Shown here: positions 50,600 through 60,430 of the stretch, one piece after another
How positions within the stretch are numbered: position 1 is the first letter of the stretch
Layout of the letters: each line of letters starts with the position of its first letter
From: Cyanophora paradoxa CCMP329
Taxonomy: Eukaryota; Plantae; Glaucophyta
Assembly (NCBI GenBank): GCA_004431415.1
Contig: QPMI01000600.1
Coordinates: 62,001 to 126,000 of the forward strand
DNA: 64,000 nucleotides
Direction of reading: 5' to 3'
The notes under the pieces: model-generated
Told to the model about the DNA's origin: nothing
The model's input: only the letters and a program-made list of their open reading frames with translations
Database searches by the model: none
Position numbers and translations under genes: made by a program

Positions 50600-50628
50600 T
50601 AAGAATACCTTAGAAAAATTAATTAATC

Positions 50629-50901
50629 CTAATCGAACCTAATGCAAATATCCCTGTACTCTACTTTGATTGATGAAGTAGCCCTTTTCCTGTAAGCCTG
50701 AGAATGTTTTTTGTTGCATTCCCTGCAACCTGATCCCTTCACATGATTAAAGGGATAGGTAAGGATCACTTTATTACACTGCAAACATCTAACAGATACT
50801 TTCTCTTGAGCTTTGATGTAATGTGTCTCACTGTAATCGAATTTATCTTTACCATGAACTGTCATAGCAGCATCAATAAACTTTTTTGTTTTACTATCCA
50901 T
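50629..50901 (-). CDS. Stand-alone DUF723-like zinc-ribbon module (homing-endonuclease-associated repeat of large DNA viruses and phages)
   Basis: FIDAAMTVHGKDKFDYS..KVSVRCLQC..PFNHVKGSGCREC. Confidence 0.75.
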   Translation of the reverse strand: MDSKTKKFIDAAMTVHGKDKFDYSETHYIKAQEKVSVRCLQCNKVILTYPFNHVKGSGCRECNKKHSQAYRKRATSSIKVEYRDICIRFD

Positions 50902-50923
50902 ACTCTATATATAACCAATATTC

Positions 50924-51756
50924 TTATGGAGCAGTATCCTGCCCAAAAATGGGGAAATATCGATTTGTCCCATAGTATTCAGCATAGGTATTCTGCTTTG
51001 CAATAAAATCGGTTCTCTCAGCATATAATACACACTTGTAGATACCAAACTTGGTGGCTCTAACCAGGAACTGGTAATCTTCTAAACCGAAATTGACTCC
51101 ATGATAAGCAATACCAAAATTATCATATGGGGTGATCACAACTGCAAAATTAGGAGTTCCACCCTCTACTTGACAAAGAGCATAAACATCTGGTGGGATA
51201 TCCACAACTACCTTGTAGTGGTCACCAATTTCAACAAGAGAGTCTACTACTGCTGTTTGTTCATTTACAACAATGGGGAATATCTTTATAATGTATGGGG
51301 CATTCATGCTGGGGACATAGGTTCGAATTCTTGTATTGGGATCAATGGGATTGGGTTGATCATTCACAAATAAAGGCGCTCCAACAGCCCCACCAACCCT
51401 AAGACCATCACCAATATAAGCTCCCCCCGATTTGCAGTTAATAGCTCCCGACCTAGATTCAAAAGAATAAGTAGACAGAGGATCTCCATAGCTATCTGGG
51501 TCTCCATAATGAGCAGAAAAGTTTGCATTTGTGACAAGTAGCTTAGTTGTCTTAACTATACCATTATTTTTATCACATCTGAGTTCCTGTAATCTCAGTT
51601 TGTGGGTGGAACCAAAGGTGTTCATTGTAGGTTGGACCTCTGTTGATTGGAGACCCTCTACATCATCAAAGGTAGCATGCTGCAGAACATGGTTTGCTGG
51701 GGCAGCTAATGATAGCTGTGGTGTAATAATTCGTTCAAGTGGGGTTGCTCAGCCAT
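50924..51756 (-). CDS. Viral fibre paralog 4 (shared N-terminal domain, non-C1q head); single-base frameshift in a C4 run near 51742
   Basis: MAEQP + (frameshift) LERIITPQLSLAAPANHVLQH..LRLQELRCDKNNGIVKTTKLLVTNANF..GAINCKSGGAYIG..CVLYAERTD. Confidence 0.7.
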
Positions 51757-51779
51757 TTTACATTAAAGGGATATATCTT

Positions 51780-52624
51780 TTATGGGGTTGGGTCATCAAT
51801 TACATCTGGCTCTTGGTAAAACCCTGTAACTGAAAGAGTATCAGGAGTTACACCTCTAAGAGCTGATACAGCGGCTATATCTGTTCTCAAACCGATAAGA
51901 GTTATAGTATATAACCCAATATCTGTAACAAACAAGTCAAAGGTGAAATTATTATTATAAACACAGTAGCCATAACCGAAATGATTATATCCCTGAACAT
52001 TGAAATAGTATTTATGACCTACTTGATTGTTGTTGGCTCTACAAAGGGAAAGCATTGCAGATGGAATCGCAAGACCTCTCAGTACTCTTTTGGTTCCTTC
52101 AATTAATTCCGAGTTTTCAAGAGTAACAGTATATCCAATGTAAAATTGAATTAATGGCTGCTGTGCGACAGGAGTATATAATCGAATTCGTTGGGGGTCT
52201 TCCACATTTTGCTCTAGAGTATCTGGGACATCATTATACGAAATTGAGGATGAAAGCTGACCTGAAATTCGACAGCCACCCCAATAAATGCTCCTCCTGA
52301 TCTCACAGTGACAGCTGCAGAATTCTTATCGAAATCAAGGGCTTTCAGATCAACACTGTAAGCATCTGGACCTCCATTGGTAGGCTGAAAGAAGTTTGCA
52401 TTTGTGACAAGCAGTCGAGTTGTTTTAACCACACCAGAATTCTTATCAGCTCTCAGCTCTTTAACTCGAATAATCGAATTTTTATCAAAGGAGTTACCAT
52501 TGGAGTTGGGTCTCTCTGTGGATTCTAAACCACGAACCTCATCATTAACTTCATGCTGGCGAAAATGCATTGCAGGGGATCCAAGGGAATATATAGGCAG
52601 TTGAACTCGATTATATTCACCCAT
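51780..52624 (-). CDS. Viral fibre paralog 3; ORFs 52214-52663 and 51780-52205 join across a single-base frameshift at about 52280
   Basis: MGEYNRVQLPIYSLGSPAMHFRQH..IIRVKELRADKNSGVVKTTRLLVTNANF..VRSGGAFIG[G]GCRISG..VEDPQRIRLYTP..ITLIGLRTD; collinear with paralog 4. Confidence 0.7.
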
Positions 52625-52662
52625 TGCTTCTTTTACTAAGAAGGAAAGAAAAATAATGTTCA

Positions 52663-52926
52663 CTACTCTTCTGTAACATTATTATACTCAATACCTTTCT
52701 TTACAGTTCCCCTTTGGAATGCCTGTGACACAATTGCTTCCTTTGAGGTTGGTATTTGAACTCCTGATGAGATGCAAGATTGAATCTCTTTCTGAACAAT
52801 TTCATCAATTGCAATTCTCGCCCTGTTGTGAACAGCATTATCAATCCAATCTTGAACAGATAAAGCGCAATATTCCATTGCGAGATTTTCAGTATCTGAA
52901 AGAACCACTTGGTAGATATTCGACAT
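52663..52926 (-). CDS. Small 87-aa fibre-associated protein resembling accessory proteins found beside C1q-type fibres in marine phages
   Basis: VVLSDTENLAMEYCA..VQDWIDNAVHNRARIAIDEIV..QIPTSKEAIVSQAF.RG; family similarity is from recall. Confidence 0.6.
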   Translation of the reverse strand: MSNIYQVVLSDTENLAMEYCALSVQDWIDNAVHNRARIAIDEIVQKEIQSCISSGVQIPTSKEAIVSQAFQRGTVKKGIEYNNVTEE

Positions 52927-52945
52927 TCTATACTACTTGTAGAAA

Positions 52946-53968
52946 TTAAATTATGCTCAGCAATTCGCCACTAAATGTTGTGAATTCCGAAAGATAAGTA
53001 TGATTAGCATGAATAGAAACATTATCGCCTGCTCCAAGTCTTACTATTGCGCTCAAATTGATTGTTTTGTTGGTTACAGTTTGTGAGTTGTTTACCCTGA
53101 AATTGAATTCTGTTGAAACATTCTGATCATTTACTTTCAGATCTACACTCACAGTTGATGTAGTAATACTATAAGCAGTTAGAGAGAATCTGTAATCTCC
53201 GTAAACAGGTGCTGTGAATTTCCCTTCTACTAAATCGAATGAGTTGGTATTATCAAAGAATTCATGCAACCAATTCGTAAGACGTCCAAAGACTGCATTT
53301 CTTGTTGCTAAACCGAACCCAACACAGAATCGAGGTTGGGTTGCTTGCTTCAAATAAAAGTTTGCTGCGATTGTGAGACCTCCTGCATCAATTCGTGCGA
53401 CTTCTGTACTATTTCGTTTCAGAATCAGATCCACATTTGCTCCTGTATCTATTTCAGGTGTTTGTATCTTTGTGGTTGTGGTCATTACAGGGACTGTATT
53501 AGTAGGAACAGAAAGACCACCATTTGCATTCACAACACCTGTAAATGTTGTTGCTCCTGAAATTAAAACGTTTGTAGCTGAGAGTGTCCCATTCACAAAA
53601 GCTCCCGAACCTATCCATGCTCCACCTGATTTAACTACAAGTGCTGCATTATTTTCTGTCCCATCAAAAGTAACAATTTGTGGTGTGGTCACCCCACCTG
53701 CATCATCATAAATTGCTGCATCAGCAACTACACCACCTGTTAAAACCTGATTCTTGTTACTCACGATTAATTGAGTGGTTCTTATTTTTCCAGCATTTCT
53801 ATCACATCGAATTTCCTTGCATCTGATAATCGAATTTTGAGTAAACGAATCTGCTCCTGTGGTTTCTGTGCAAATAAACCCGGGAATAGCATCTGTGACT
53901 GTGTGGTTCAGTTGATGCAATTTAGGCGCTGCATAACAGAAAACAGGGACTGCGATTTGGGTAGCCAT
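52946..53968 (-). CDS. Viral fibre paralog 2 with C-terminal C1q/TNF-like head
   Basis: IIRCKEIRCDRNAGKIRTT..ALVVKSGGAWIG N-domain; SFDLVEGKFTAPVYGDYRFS..SAIVRLGAGDNVSI..TTFSGELL. Confidence 0.8.
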   Translation of the reverse strand: MATQIAVPVFCYAAPKLHQLNHTVTDAIPGFICTETTGADSFTQNSIIRCKEIRCDRNAGKIRTTQLIVSNKNQVLTGGVVADAAIYDDAGGVTTPQIVTFDGTENNAALVVKSGGAWIGSGAFVNGTLSATNVLISGATTFTGVVNANGGLSVPTNTVPVMTTTTKIQTPEIDTGANVDLILKRNSTEVARIDAGGLTIAANFYLKQATQPRFCVGFGLATRNAVFGRLTNWLHEFFDNTNSFDLVEGKFTAPVYGDYRFSLTAYSITTSTVSVDLKVNDQNVSTEFNFRVNNSQTVTNKTINLSAIVRLGAGDNVSIHANHTYLSEFTTFSGELLSII

Positions 53969-53990
53969 CTATAAAACCCCTACAAAAAGT

Positions 53991-55040
53991 TTATAATCTA
54001 CTGATGAGATGCCCCCCGAAACAGGTAGTACCACCAATTGTCCCCGTTGGTTCAACATATATGTATGATGACCAGATATGTATGACATTCACATGTTCGT
54101 TTGCATATACAGGAAAAGAAGCCTCCATGTGAACACTTCGCTTTCCATTGAAAGTTGAAAATACTTGAACCGATTGGGGGGAAATAAACAAATCATTCTT
54201 TTGAAAACTAATTCTACACTCCCCTGTGGATGCTGTTGTTGACATTTGAACCATAAAGAAGAATCTATAAATTCCTGAAACAGGTGCTGTAAAATTGCCT
54301 GCGTTGCTGACACTATTGCTTGCATCTACAAGAACTCTATTATAAGTGAATTTCCTTGTTTCTACTGTTGCTCCAACATTAAATCCTGATGTTGAATAAG
54401 CAACAACACAAAAACGAGGGTGTGGAACTTTCAGATATTTAAGTAGATTAATGGATGGAGAAACATTGTTAATTGTTGCTGTAACCACTGCATTTCTCTT
54501 TACATTAAGTGCAGCTGTTGTTTCAATTTCAGGTGTGTTTAACTTTGTGGAGAAGACACCAACACCAACTGAAAGACTACTCGCATTAAATCCACCCTGA
54601 AAAGTTATTGGACTCTCAAAAGTTCCACTTCCAGCATTTAGTATGGGTGCTGTTACTGTTCCATTCACCTTTAATGCCTCTCCAAAGTATGCCCCTCCAC
54701 TCTTAACTACAAGAGCTGCAGTATTGCTTGTGTTCCCAAAAGTAACTATCTGTGCAGTGGTAAATCCACTCACATTATCATATATTGCTGAATCGGGAAC
54801 TACTTGACCTGCTTGAACTTGATTTTTATTCGAGATTATAATTCCTGTGGTTCTTATCTTGCCTCCATTGCGATCACATCGAATTTCTTTGACTCTGAGT
54901 ATATTGTTCTCTGTGAAAGAGGTGTTGCTTGAAGTTTCAGTGCAAATATACCCAGGGGTTGAATCAACTACTCCATGAGAGGTGCTATGGATTGATTTGG
55001 CTGCAAATTCGTAGTTTGGGATTTCTAATAGAGAGGTCAT
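53991..55040 (-). CDS. Viral fibre paralog 1 with C-terminal C1q/TNF-like head (probable start MTSLLEIP)
   Basis: ILRVKEIRCDRNGGKIRTT..ALVVKSGGAYFG; GNFTAPVSGIYRFFF..TCFGGHLI. Confidence 0.8.
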   Translation of the reverse strand: MTSLLEIPNYEFAAKSIHSTSHGVVDSTPGYICTETSSNTSFTENNILRVKEIRCDRNGGKIRTTGIIISNKNQVQAGQVVPDSAIYDNVSGFTTAQIVTFGNTSNTAALVVKSGGAYFGEALKVNGTVTAPILNAGSGTFESPITFQGGFNASSLSVGVGVFSTKLNTPEIETTAALNVKRNAVVTATINNVSPSINLLKYLKVPHPRFCVVAYSTSGFNVGATVETRKFTYNRVLVDASNSVSNAGNFTAPVSGIYRFFFMVQMSTTASTGECRISFQKNDLFISPQSVQVFSTFNGKRSVHMEASFPVYANEHVNVIHIWSSYIYVEPTGTIGGTTCFGGHLISRL

Positions 55041-55059
55041 CTTTGTAATAACGAAATAG

Positions 55060-58000
55060 TTAAATTGCGACAGCAGTGTAATGAATTGTAACTGGAAATC
55101 CTGGTCTGTCAAAAGAACTTAATGGAACTATTTCAAGCTCACATGTGAAATAGCTACTGTAAACTTGTTTAAGCCTAACATACATGCGGTAGTAGTAGGC
55201 TGTCTCATTGTGTTGTATACCGGTTGTTACGATAGGAGGGTTAGCAAAGCTGCTGTTGAAATTAATAGTGAGGTTAAACCTATGGTCAGGGTTTGCCCAA
55301 AGATAAGGAGTAGTGTAAACATACGTTCCTGCTTGAAGTTTCCCATTGAAATATGCATTGAGTTGACTGGAAAGATCTGCTTCAGTTAAACATCTACTTA
55401 TAGAAGCATTATTGGAAGGGTTCATAGCGTAGAAATTTCTTGCATAGGCATTTCCACGAACAAGTAAGGTCTTATCAAAGTAATTTTGCGAATTGTGAAA
55501 GAACCATGTTTCTTCAAACATAGGTCCTGCTGGTTCTACTATCTGACCTGATCCTACATACATTGTGTTATTCGCTCTGATGGTGGTAGCTGTGAATGGA
55601 TCGAGAGTTGGTCTATTGGTCAGATCATTGTAGTTGCCTGAGAATATTGCGGGCTTATTATAGATATCTGTATTCCAATCATGAGTGTGTGCAAAATCTG
55701 TAATCTCTGCCTTAGTGTGATTGTGAGCGAAATCTGTTATCTCTGACTTTGTATGGTTGTGTGCGAAATCTGTGATCTCAGATTTAAAATGAGTGTGAGC
55801 AAAATTCGTTATTTCTGCCCTGGTATGGGTGTGTGCAAAGTCTGTTATTTGGGACTTTGTGTGAGTGTGTGCGAAATCTGTGATCTCTGCCTTTGTGTGG
55901 GTGTGTGATCTATTATTAAGATCAAGGAAGCTTCCTGAAAATGCAACAGGATGCAGATTTGCAGCAGTAGGTTTATTGATGAGATCATTATAGTCTCCTG
56001 TGAATGAAATTGTCTTCAGTTCACCCCTTCCAACATAATCAGAAGGTAGATCAATCTTGATGGGCATTATAGCTGGATCATCTGGTATCTCATACTCACC
56101 TCCTGGATGAACCACAGGGAAGGTTTGATTGCTTTCAGTATGAACAAAGAAGTTGCATGCTGTTACTGTTCCATCAATAATCCCACCTGTGAGAGGGAGG
56201 TAATTTCCTGTGACATGTATACCTGCAATGATTGTATTAAGTTCTGTTTCATCTATGTAGTTCTGGGCTTGAAGGTAATCCTCTGTCACCACTCTTGATA
56301 TGGTCTCATTGTGAATATTCTTTGCTGCTGCCCTCTGATTGATCTCTAGAACTCCCTCACCAACTCCACCATTATAATTCGTTTTGATCCATGCCATCTC
56401 ACATCTCTTATAGTCATCTCGATTTCCTATGAGAGCATCAGGTAACAGTCTCTCCCTGCTGAATATTAATTTTGGTCTTGAACCATCCAAATCACTCACA
56501 TCAGTAACATTAATTTGGATTGCTGCATCTTTGTCATCATAGTTGACTGGATCAGATGGTAGAGATATTAATCCTCCTGTCATTGGGATGTCATCAGCAT
56601 AGTAACTGGTTAAATAGATACCTGGTTTGGTGTCCAATGCTCCGAAATTTCCACCTGCTGCAATCATCTGCATTCTTGTAGGGGGTCTAATGTATAATTC
56701 ACCTTCCATAGTAGTGCCTGCATCAATACCCTTTCGATTGACATAATAATCATTTAGTTGTAGCCTCTCAGGTATGGTATTACTCTGGTAAAGACTCACA
56801 CCATGTGGGAAGTCTGTTAGCAGGTTGCCTGCAGATGCAAATTTGGGTTGCTGGTCAATTTCACTCCAAGGGTGTCTGTGATTACAGTTGGTGATCTGGG
56901 TATAATCATGAGTATGGGAATCAGGAGGGAATGTTAGTGGTCTATCTGTGATATGCTCCCATAAATGTGTGTGATCAAAATCTGTGATCTCTGATTTAGT
57001 ATGAGTGTGGTTACTGTTGGTGATCTGGGAATAATCATGAGTGTGAGCAACAGGTGGAAAGGTCAATGGCTTGTCTGTGATATGCTCCCATAAGTGATTG
57101 TGAGAACTGGGAGGGAATGTCAATGGCTTGTCTGTGATATGCTCCCATAAGTGATTGTGAGAACTGGGAGGGAATGTCAATGGCTTGTCTGTGATATGCT
57201 CCCATAAGTGATTGTGAGAACTGGGAGGGAAGGTCAAAGGTTTATCTACAATATTCGACCAGGCATGGGTGTGGTCAAAATCTGTAATCTGGGCTTTTGT
57301 GTGAGTGTGATTTTGAATCCAACCTTGAACCACATTAGAGGTTGGATGATGTGGTAAATTTGCATTGCTTGTAACTGTAAGGTAATCTATTACAGTATCA
57401 GGTGAGGTTATTTTTAATCCTCTGTAAATATTCAGAGTCTGGGTATGAGTGAATCCATATTTTTGTTGAATGTAATACCTAACAGCATTCTTTTCAGAAG
57501 TTGTCAAAGCCCTATTGAAAACAATCAACTCGGAAATACCACCATTCACAATATTACCAAATCCGAAATGATTGACAGTATTATCTGGTAGATAATTTGT
57601 TCCTACAAGTGTTTGAATATCTACTCCATTTAACCCGACTGTGTAGCTGCTAGAAGTAATTGTTTGGTCAGTGTAATACCATGTATTTATTAAAGAAGGA
57701 ACCGTAATATCTGGGCGGGTTTGGGATGCTCCATTAATAGTGAACTGGTTCATTCCAATAGCAGTAGAAGATGTTGCCCCATAATAACAATATCGTGATG
57801 GAAAGGCGCTTCTGTAAAGTCTCAAGTGAACTTGCATAGAAGAGGCAGTTGGATGATATTTTCCCACAAAGAAAAATGTAAGCCCATTTGAGAAATCAAT
57901 AGTTCTTGTAGCAGAGGTATATGCATAAAAAGTGCCTGTTGGGCTTGAAACACTAACTTGGTTGTTGATTTCGGGATTGGTGTAATAGGAACTGGCTCCG

Positions 58001-60387
58001 TAGATAAACAAGTCTGGAACAACTGAATTCGGGACTCTGCTTACTATAGTTGTATACATTGCTGATTGACCTGGTACTCCTGATGCCTTCCAAGCAAAAA
58101 TGCAGTTCGAGATATTTGATGCTGGATCAAAGCTTGGCGGGACATCATACCATTCTTTGTAAACCTGATTCATGGTATTGAAATTGCAAGAGCCAATTGT
58201 GAGGATTCCATTTACTTTTAGGTTGCTGGTCACTATATTGCTGCTGTAAATATTACTATTAACTGTGAGGTTTCCTGTGATTGTCCCACCCACAAGAGGG
58301 AGATATTTGGATAGTTCTGCTGCAAGTTCAGCTTCTGTAATAAATTGATCAAGCATAGCAAGGGTTACAAAATTAACAAGGATTACTGCAGTAAGGTAAT
58401 CCTCTGTGACCACTCTCGAAATGTTCTCATTGTGTATGTTTTTTGCAGCCATCCTCTGATTAGCTTCCAGAACCCCACCATAATCTGTTTTAATCCATGC
58501 AAGCTCTGCCCTCCCATAGTTATCATTTGCAGTTCCCACTATGGGAATGTAGGAATATTTATCTCGACTGAATACTATCATTGGTCTTGAGCCATCTAAA
58601 CTGCTTACATCTGCTACATGAACCTGTATAGCAGAGTTGTAATTTTGGTAGGTTGCTGGGTCTGTTGGGACTCTAAAAGTATCTGTGGGTATGTCAGCCT
58701 CCATGTAGCTTGACACAAAGATATTTGGTATGGTTGCTCCTGGTTCAGGTGGGGTTTCATAAGAGCCTGGTAATGTCCTAATATGAAGTGGTCCTCTCAT
58801 AGCTGAATTCGCAAGTGTCCCATTCACATGTACATAGTGTTCATTCAAAAAGATTCTTTCAGGGACATTGCAAGTCTGGTAAAGAGAAACCCCCAAGTTA
58901 TCAAGAGGCTCTACCTTTGCAAATTCTGGTTGGTCATTGATCTCATCCCAAATATGTTCATGTTTGCTTGGTGGGAACTCAGTAGGTATCCCATCAATTT
59001 CACCCCAATCATGCCTGTGATCCTCTGGTGGATACTTTTGAGGTTTGCCTAAGATCTCATCCCAATCATGATTGTGATCCTCTGGGGGATACTTTGCAGG
59101 TTTATTATTAATTTGTTCATAATCAGGAAAGAACTCCCAGATCTCAGGTCGAAATCCATCTGGTAATAATTCCTCATGGGGTTCATAAGGTTGCTCATAG
59201 TCAACAACTGGTGGATCATGACCATCTGGTAAATACTCCTCATCAGGTTCATAGTTCTGCTCATACTCATACTCTTGAGGATCTAAGCCATCTGGTAGTA
59301 TCTCCTCCTCATTGGGGTCATACTGATCATATTCATATTCTTGTGGGTCAAAACCATCTGGTAAATACTCCTCCTCATCTGGAACGAATTGATATTCATC
59401 AAGCTCTAAAATATCGACTTCAGGAGGTAAATACTGCTCATCTATTTGCTTTCTGGGTTCAATTATCGGTTTATTGCGAACTTGCTCCCAACTAACAATA
59501 TGCTGCCCAAAGGCTACATCTTCAGTTGCTGTGTATTCTCTTCCAGGCTGCTTCTTTGGTGTTAAATCCGGTGGATCCCATGGAAGAGGGAAGGGAACTG
59601 GGACAGGTCCATAATACTCAAAGATCTCTCTTATGGTCTTCTCACTTACAAGCTTCTCACCATTTGCATACACATTACTGCCATGGATATTTCGCCATTG
59701 CCTGGTTCGAATTCCAAGGTCTTTCACATTGCTATACAAAGGCAAAAGGTGCCTATCCATTTCGACTAAATCAGGATGTAAATGGATTGCTACTGGTTGA
59801 CTGGGGCTACTGTTGATTGTAATTGATGGCTTTTTTTGATGGACATCTTTTGGAGTAAAGAACCCAAAAGGCTCATTCCTTGCAAAGTCATATGTAATAT
59901 CCTTTGGGTAGACATCATTTGTGTAGGAGACCTGATTTGTGTTGGCAATGGGACCCACTTGCAATACTTGGGGGACCTCAGCTTTTGCAGTGCTGCCCTC
60001 ATTGTAAATTCGCAAAGCTGTGTTCTGTTTGCCCTGCTCATCTTGAACATTGAAAACCAAACGACCACTATCAAACCTGGAAGGTATATCTGGATGAGTG
60101 CCACTGGTTTTTAGTTTCCTAGGTCTCCTTCTTGTTGCTTTGATCTCTGCCACTTGGTTTGCTTTCACATTACCCAAGCTAAAAGCTACACTGACTTCCT
60201 CCTTATCTGGATCGGTTTGATTCACAGATAAAGCATGCTCCCTTGATTGAGTCTTTGATGAATTATCAGAGCTGTGGTCAATTGAAACTGAACCCTTTAC
60301 TTTAATATTATCAAAGTTCACATGCTTGGTGCTGCTTGCATTATCATCTTGAATGGTTTCTAGATTTGGTGGGTAATTGAAGCTCAT
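55060..60387 (-). CDS. 1775-aa mosaic fibre/adhesin with His-rich phage tail-fibre repeats, LamG/concanavalin-like domain and C-terminal H-lectin-like domain
   Basis: HxHxWxxIxxKPxxFPP and HTHTKSEITDF repeats; acidic EEYLPDGxDP repeats; GISELIVFNRALTTSEKNAVRYYIQQKYG; LTINFNSSFANPPIVTTGI..VTIHYTAVA; an internal ~200-aa duplicated block. Confidence 0.75.
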   Translation of the reverse strand: MSFNYPPNLETIQDDNASSTKHVNFDNIKVKGSVSIDHSSDNSSKTQSREHALSVNQTDPDKEEVSVAFSLGNVKANQVAEIKATRRRPRKLKTSGTHPDIPSRFDSGRLVFNVQDEQGKQNTALRIYNEGSTAKAEVPQVLQVGPIANTNQVSYTNDVYPKDITYDFARNEPFGFFTPKDVHQKKPSITINSSPSQPVAIHLHPDLVEMDRHLLPLYSNVKDLGIRTRQWRNIHGSNVYANGEKLVSEKTIREIFEYYGPVPVPFPLPWDPPDLTPKKQPGREYTATEDVAFGQHIVSWEQVRNKPIIEPRKQIDEQYLPPEVDILELDEYQFVPDEEEYLPDGFDPQEYEYDQYDPNEEEILPDGLDPQEYEYEQNYEPDEEYLPDGHDPPVVDYEQPYEPHEELLPDGFRPEIWEFFPDYEQINNKPAKYPPEDHNHDWDEILGKPQKYPPEDHRHDWGEIDGIPTEFPPSKHEHIWDEINDQPEFAKVEPLDNLGVSLYQTCNVPERIFLNEHYVHVNGTLANSAMRGPLHIRTLPGSYETPPEPGATIPNIFVSSYMEADIPTDTFRVPTDPATYQNYNSAIQVHVADVSSLDGSRPMIVFSRDKYSYIPIVGTANDNYGRAELAWIKTDYGGVLEANQRMAAKNIHNENISRVVTEDYLTAVILVNFVTLAMLDQFITEAELAAELSKYLPLVGGTITGNLTVNSNIYSSNIVTSNLKVNGILTIGSCNFNTMNQVYKEWYDVPPSFDPASNISNCIFAWKASGVPGQSAMYTTIVSRVPNSVVPDLFIYGASSYYTNPEINNQVSVSSPTGTFYAYTSATRTIDFSNGLTFFFVGKYHPTASSMQVHLRLYRSAFPSRYCYYGATSSTAIGMNQFTINGASQTRPDITVPSLINTWYYTDQTITSSSYTVGLNGVDIQTLVGTNYLPDNTVNHFGFGNIVNGGISELIVFNRALTTSEKNAVRYYIQQKYGFTHTQTLNIYRGLKITSPDTVIDYLTVTSNANLPHHPTSNVVQGWIQNHTHTKAQITDFDHTHAWSNIVDKPLTFPPSSHNHLWEHITDKPLTFPPSSHNHLWEHITDKPLTFPPSSHNHLWEHITDKPLTFPPVAHTHDYSQITNSNHTHTKSEITDFDHTHLWEHITDRPLTFPPDSHTHDYTQITNCNHRHPWSEIDQQPKFASAGNLLTDFPHGVSLYQSNTIPERLQLNDYYVNRKGIDAGTTMEGELYIRPPTRMQMIAAGGNFGALDTKPGIYLTSYYADDIPMTGGLISLPSDPVNYDDKDAAIQINVTDVSDLDGSRPKLIFSRERLLPDALIGNRDDYKRCEMAWIKTNYNGGVGEGVLEINQRAAAKNIHNETISRVVTEDYLQAQNYIDETELNTIIAGIHVTGNYLPLTGGIIDGTVTACNFFVHTESNQTFPVVHPGGEYEIPDDPAIMPIKIDLPSDYVGRGELKTISFTGDYNDLINKPTAANLHPVAFSGSFLDLNNRSHTHTKAEITDFAHTHTKSQITDFAHTHTRAEITNFAHTHFKSEITDFAHNHTKSEITDFAHNHTKAEITDFAHTHDWNTDIYNKPAIFSGNYNDLTNRPTLDPFTATTIRANNTMYVGSGQIVEPAGPMFEETWFFHNSQNYFDKTLLVRGNAYARNFYAMNPSNNASISRCLTEADLSSQLNAYFNGKLQAGTYVYTTPYLWANPDHRFNLTINFNSSFANPPIVTTGIQHNETAYYYRMYVRLKQVYSSYFTCELEIVPLSSFDRPGFPVTIHYTAVAI
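55680..55910. repeat. 36-bp coding tandem repeat (HTHTKxEITDFA x6)
   Basis: Identical 12-aa period with synonymous divergence at the DNA level. Confidence 0.9.
57062..57232. repeat. 57-bp near-perfect tandem repeat x3 (PLTFPPSSHNHLWEHITDK)
   Basis: gtcaatggcttgtctgtgatatgctccc... starts at 57062, 57119 and 57176. Confidence 0.95.
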
Positions 60388-60430
60388 GGCTTTTACTATA
60401 TGGATTTATAAAATTCCTGATAAGTAAAAG

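Noticed and set aside
55041-55112. N-terminal extension of ORF 53991-55112
   Set aside because: It overlaps the end of the 1775-aa gene; alignment with the paralogs supports a start at 55040.
57062-57232. Regular repeats resembling a CRISPR array (also 49246-49470 and 14138-15414)
   Set aside because: The units are coding or degenerate, there is no constant repeat with unique similar-length spacers, no cas genes are present, and the context is eukaryotic.
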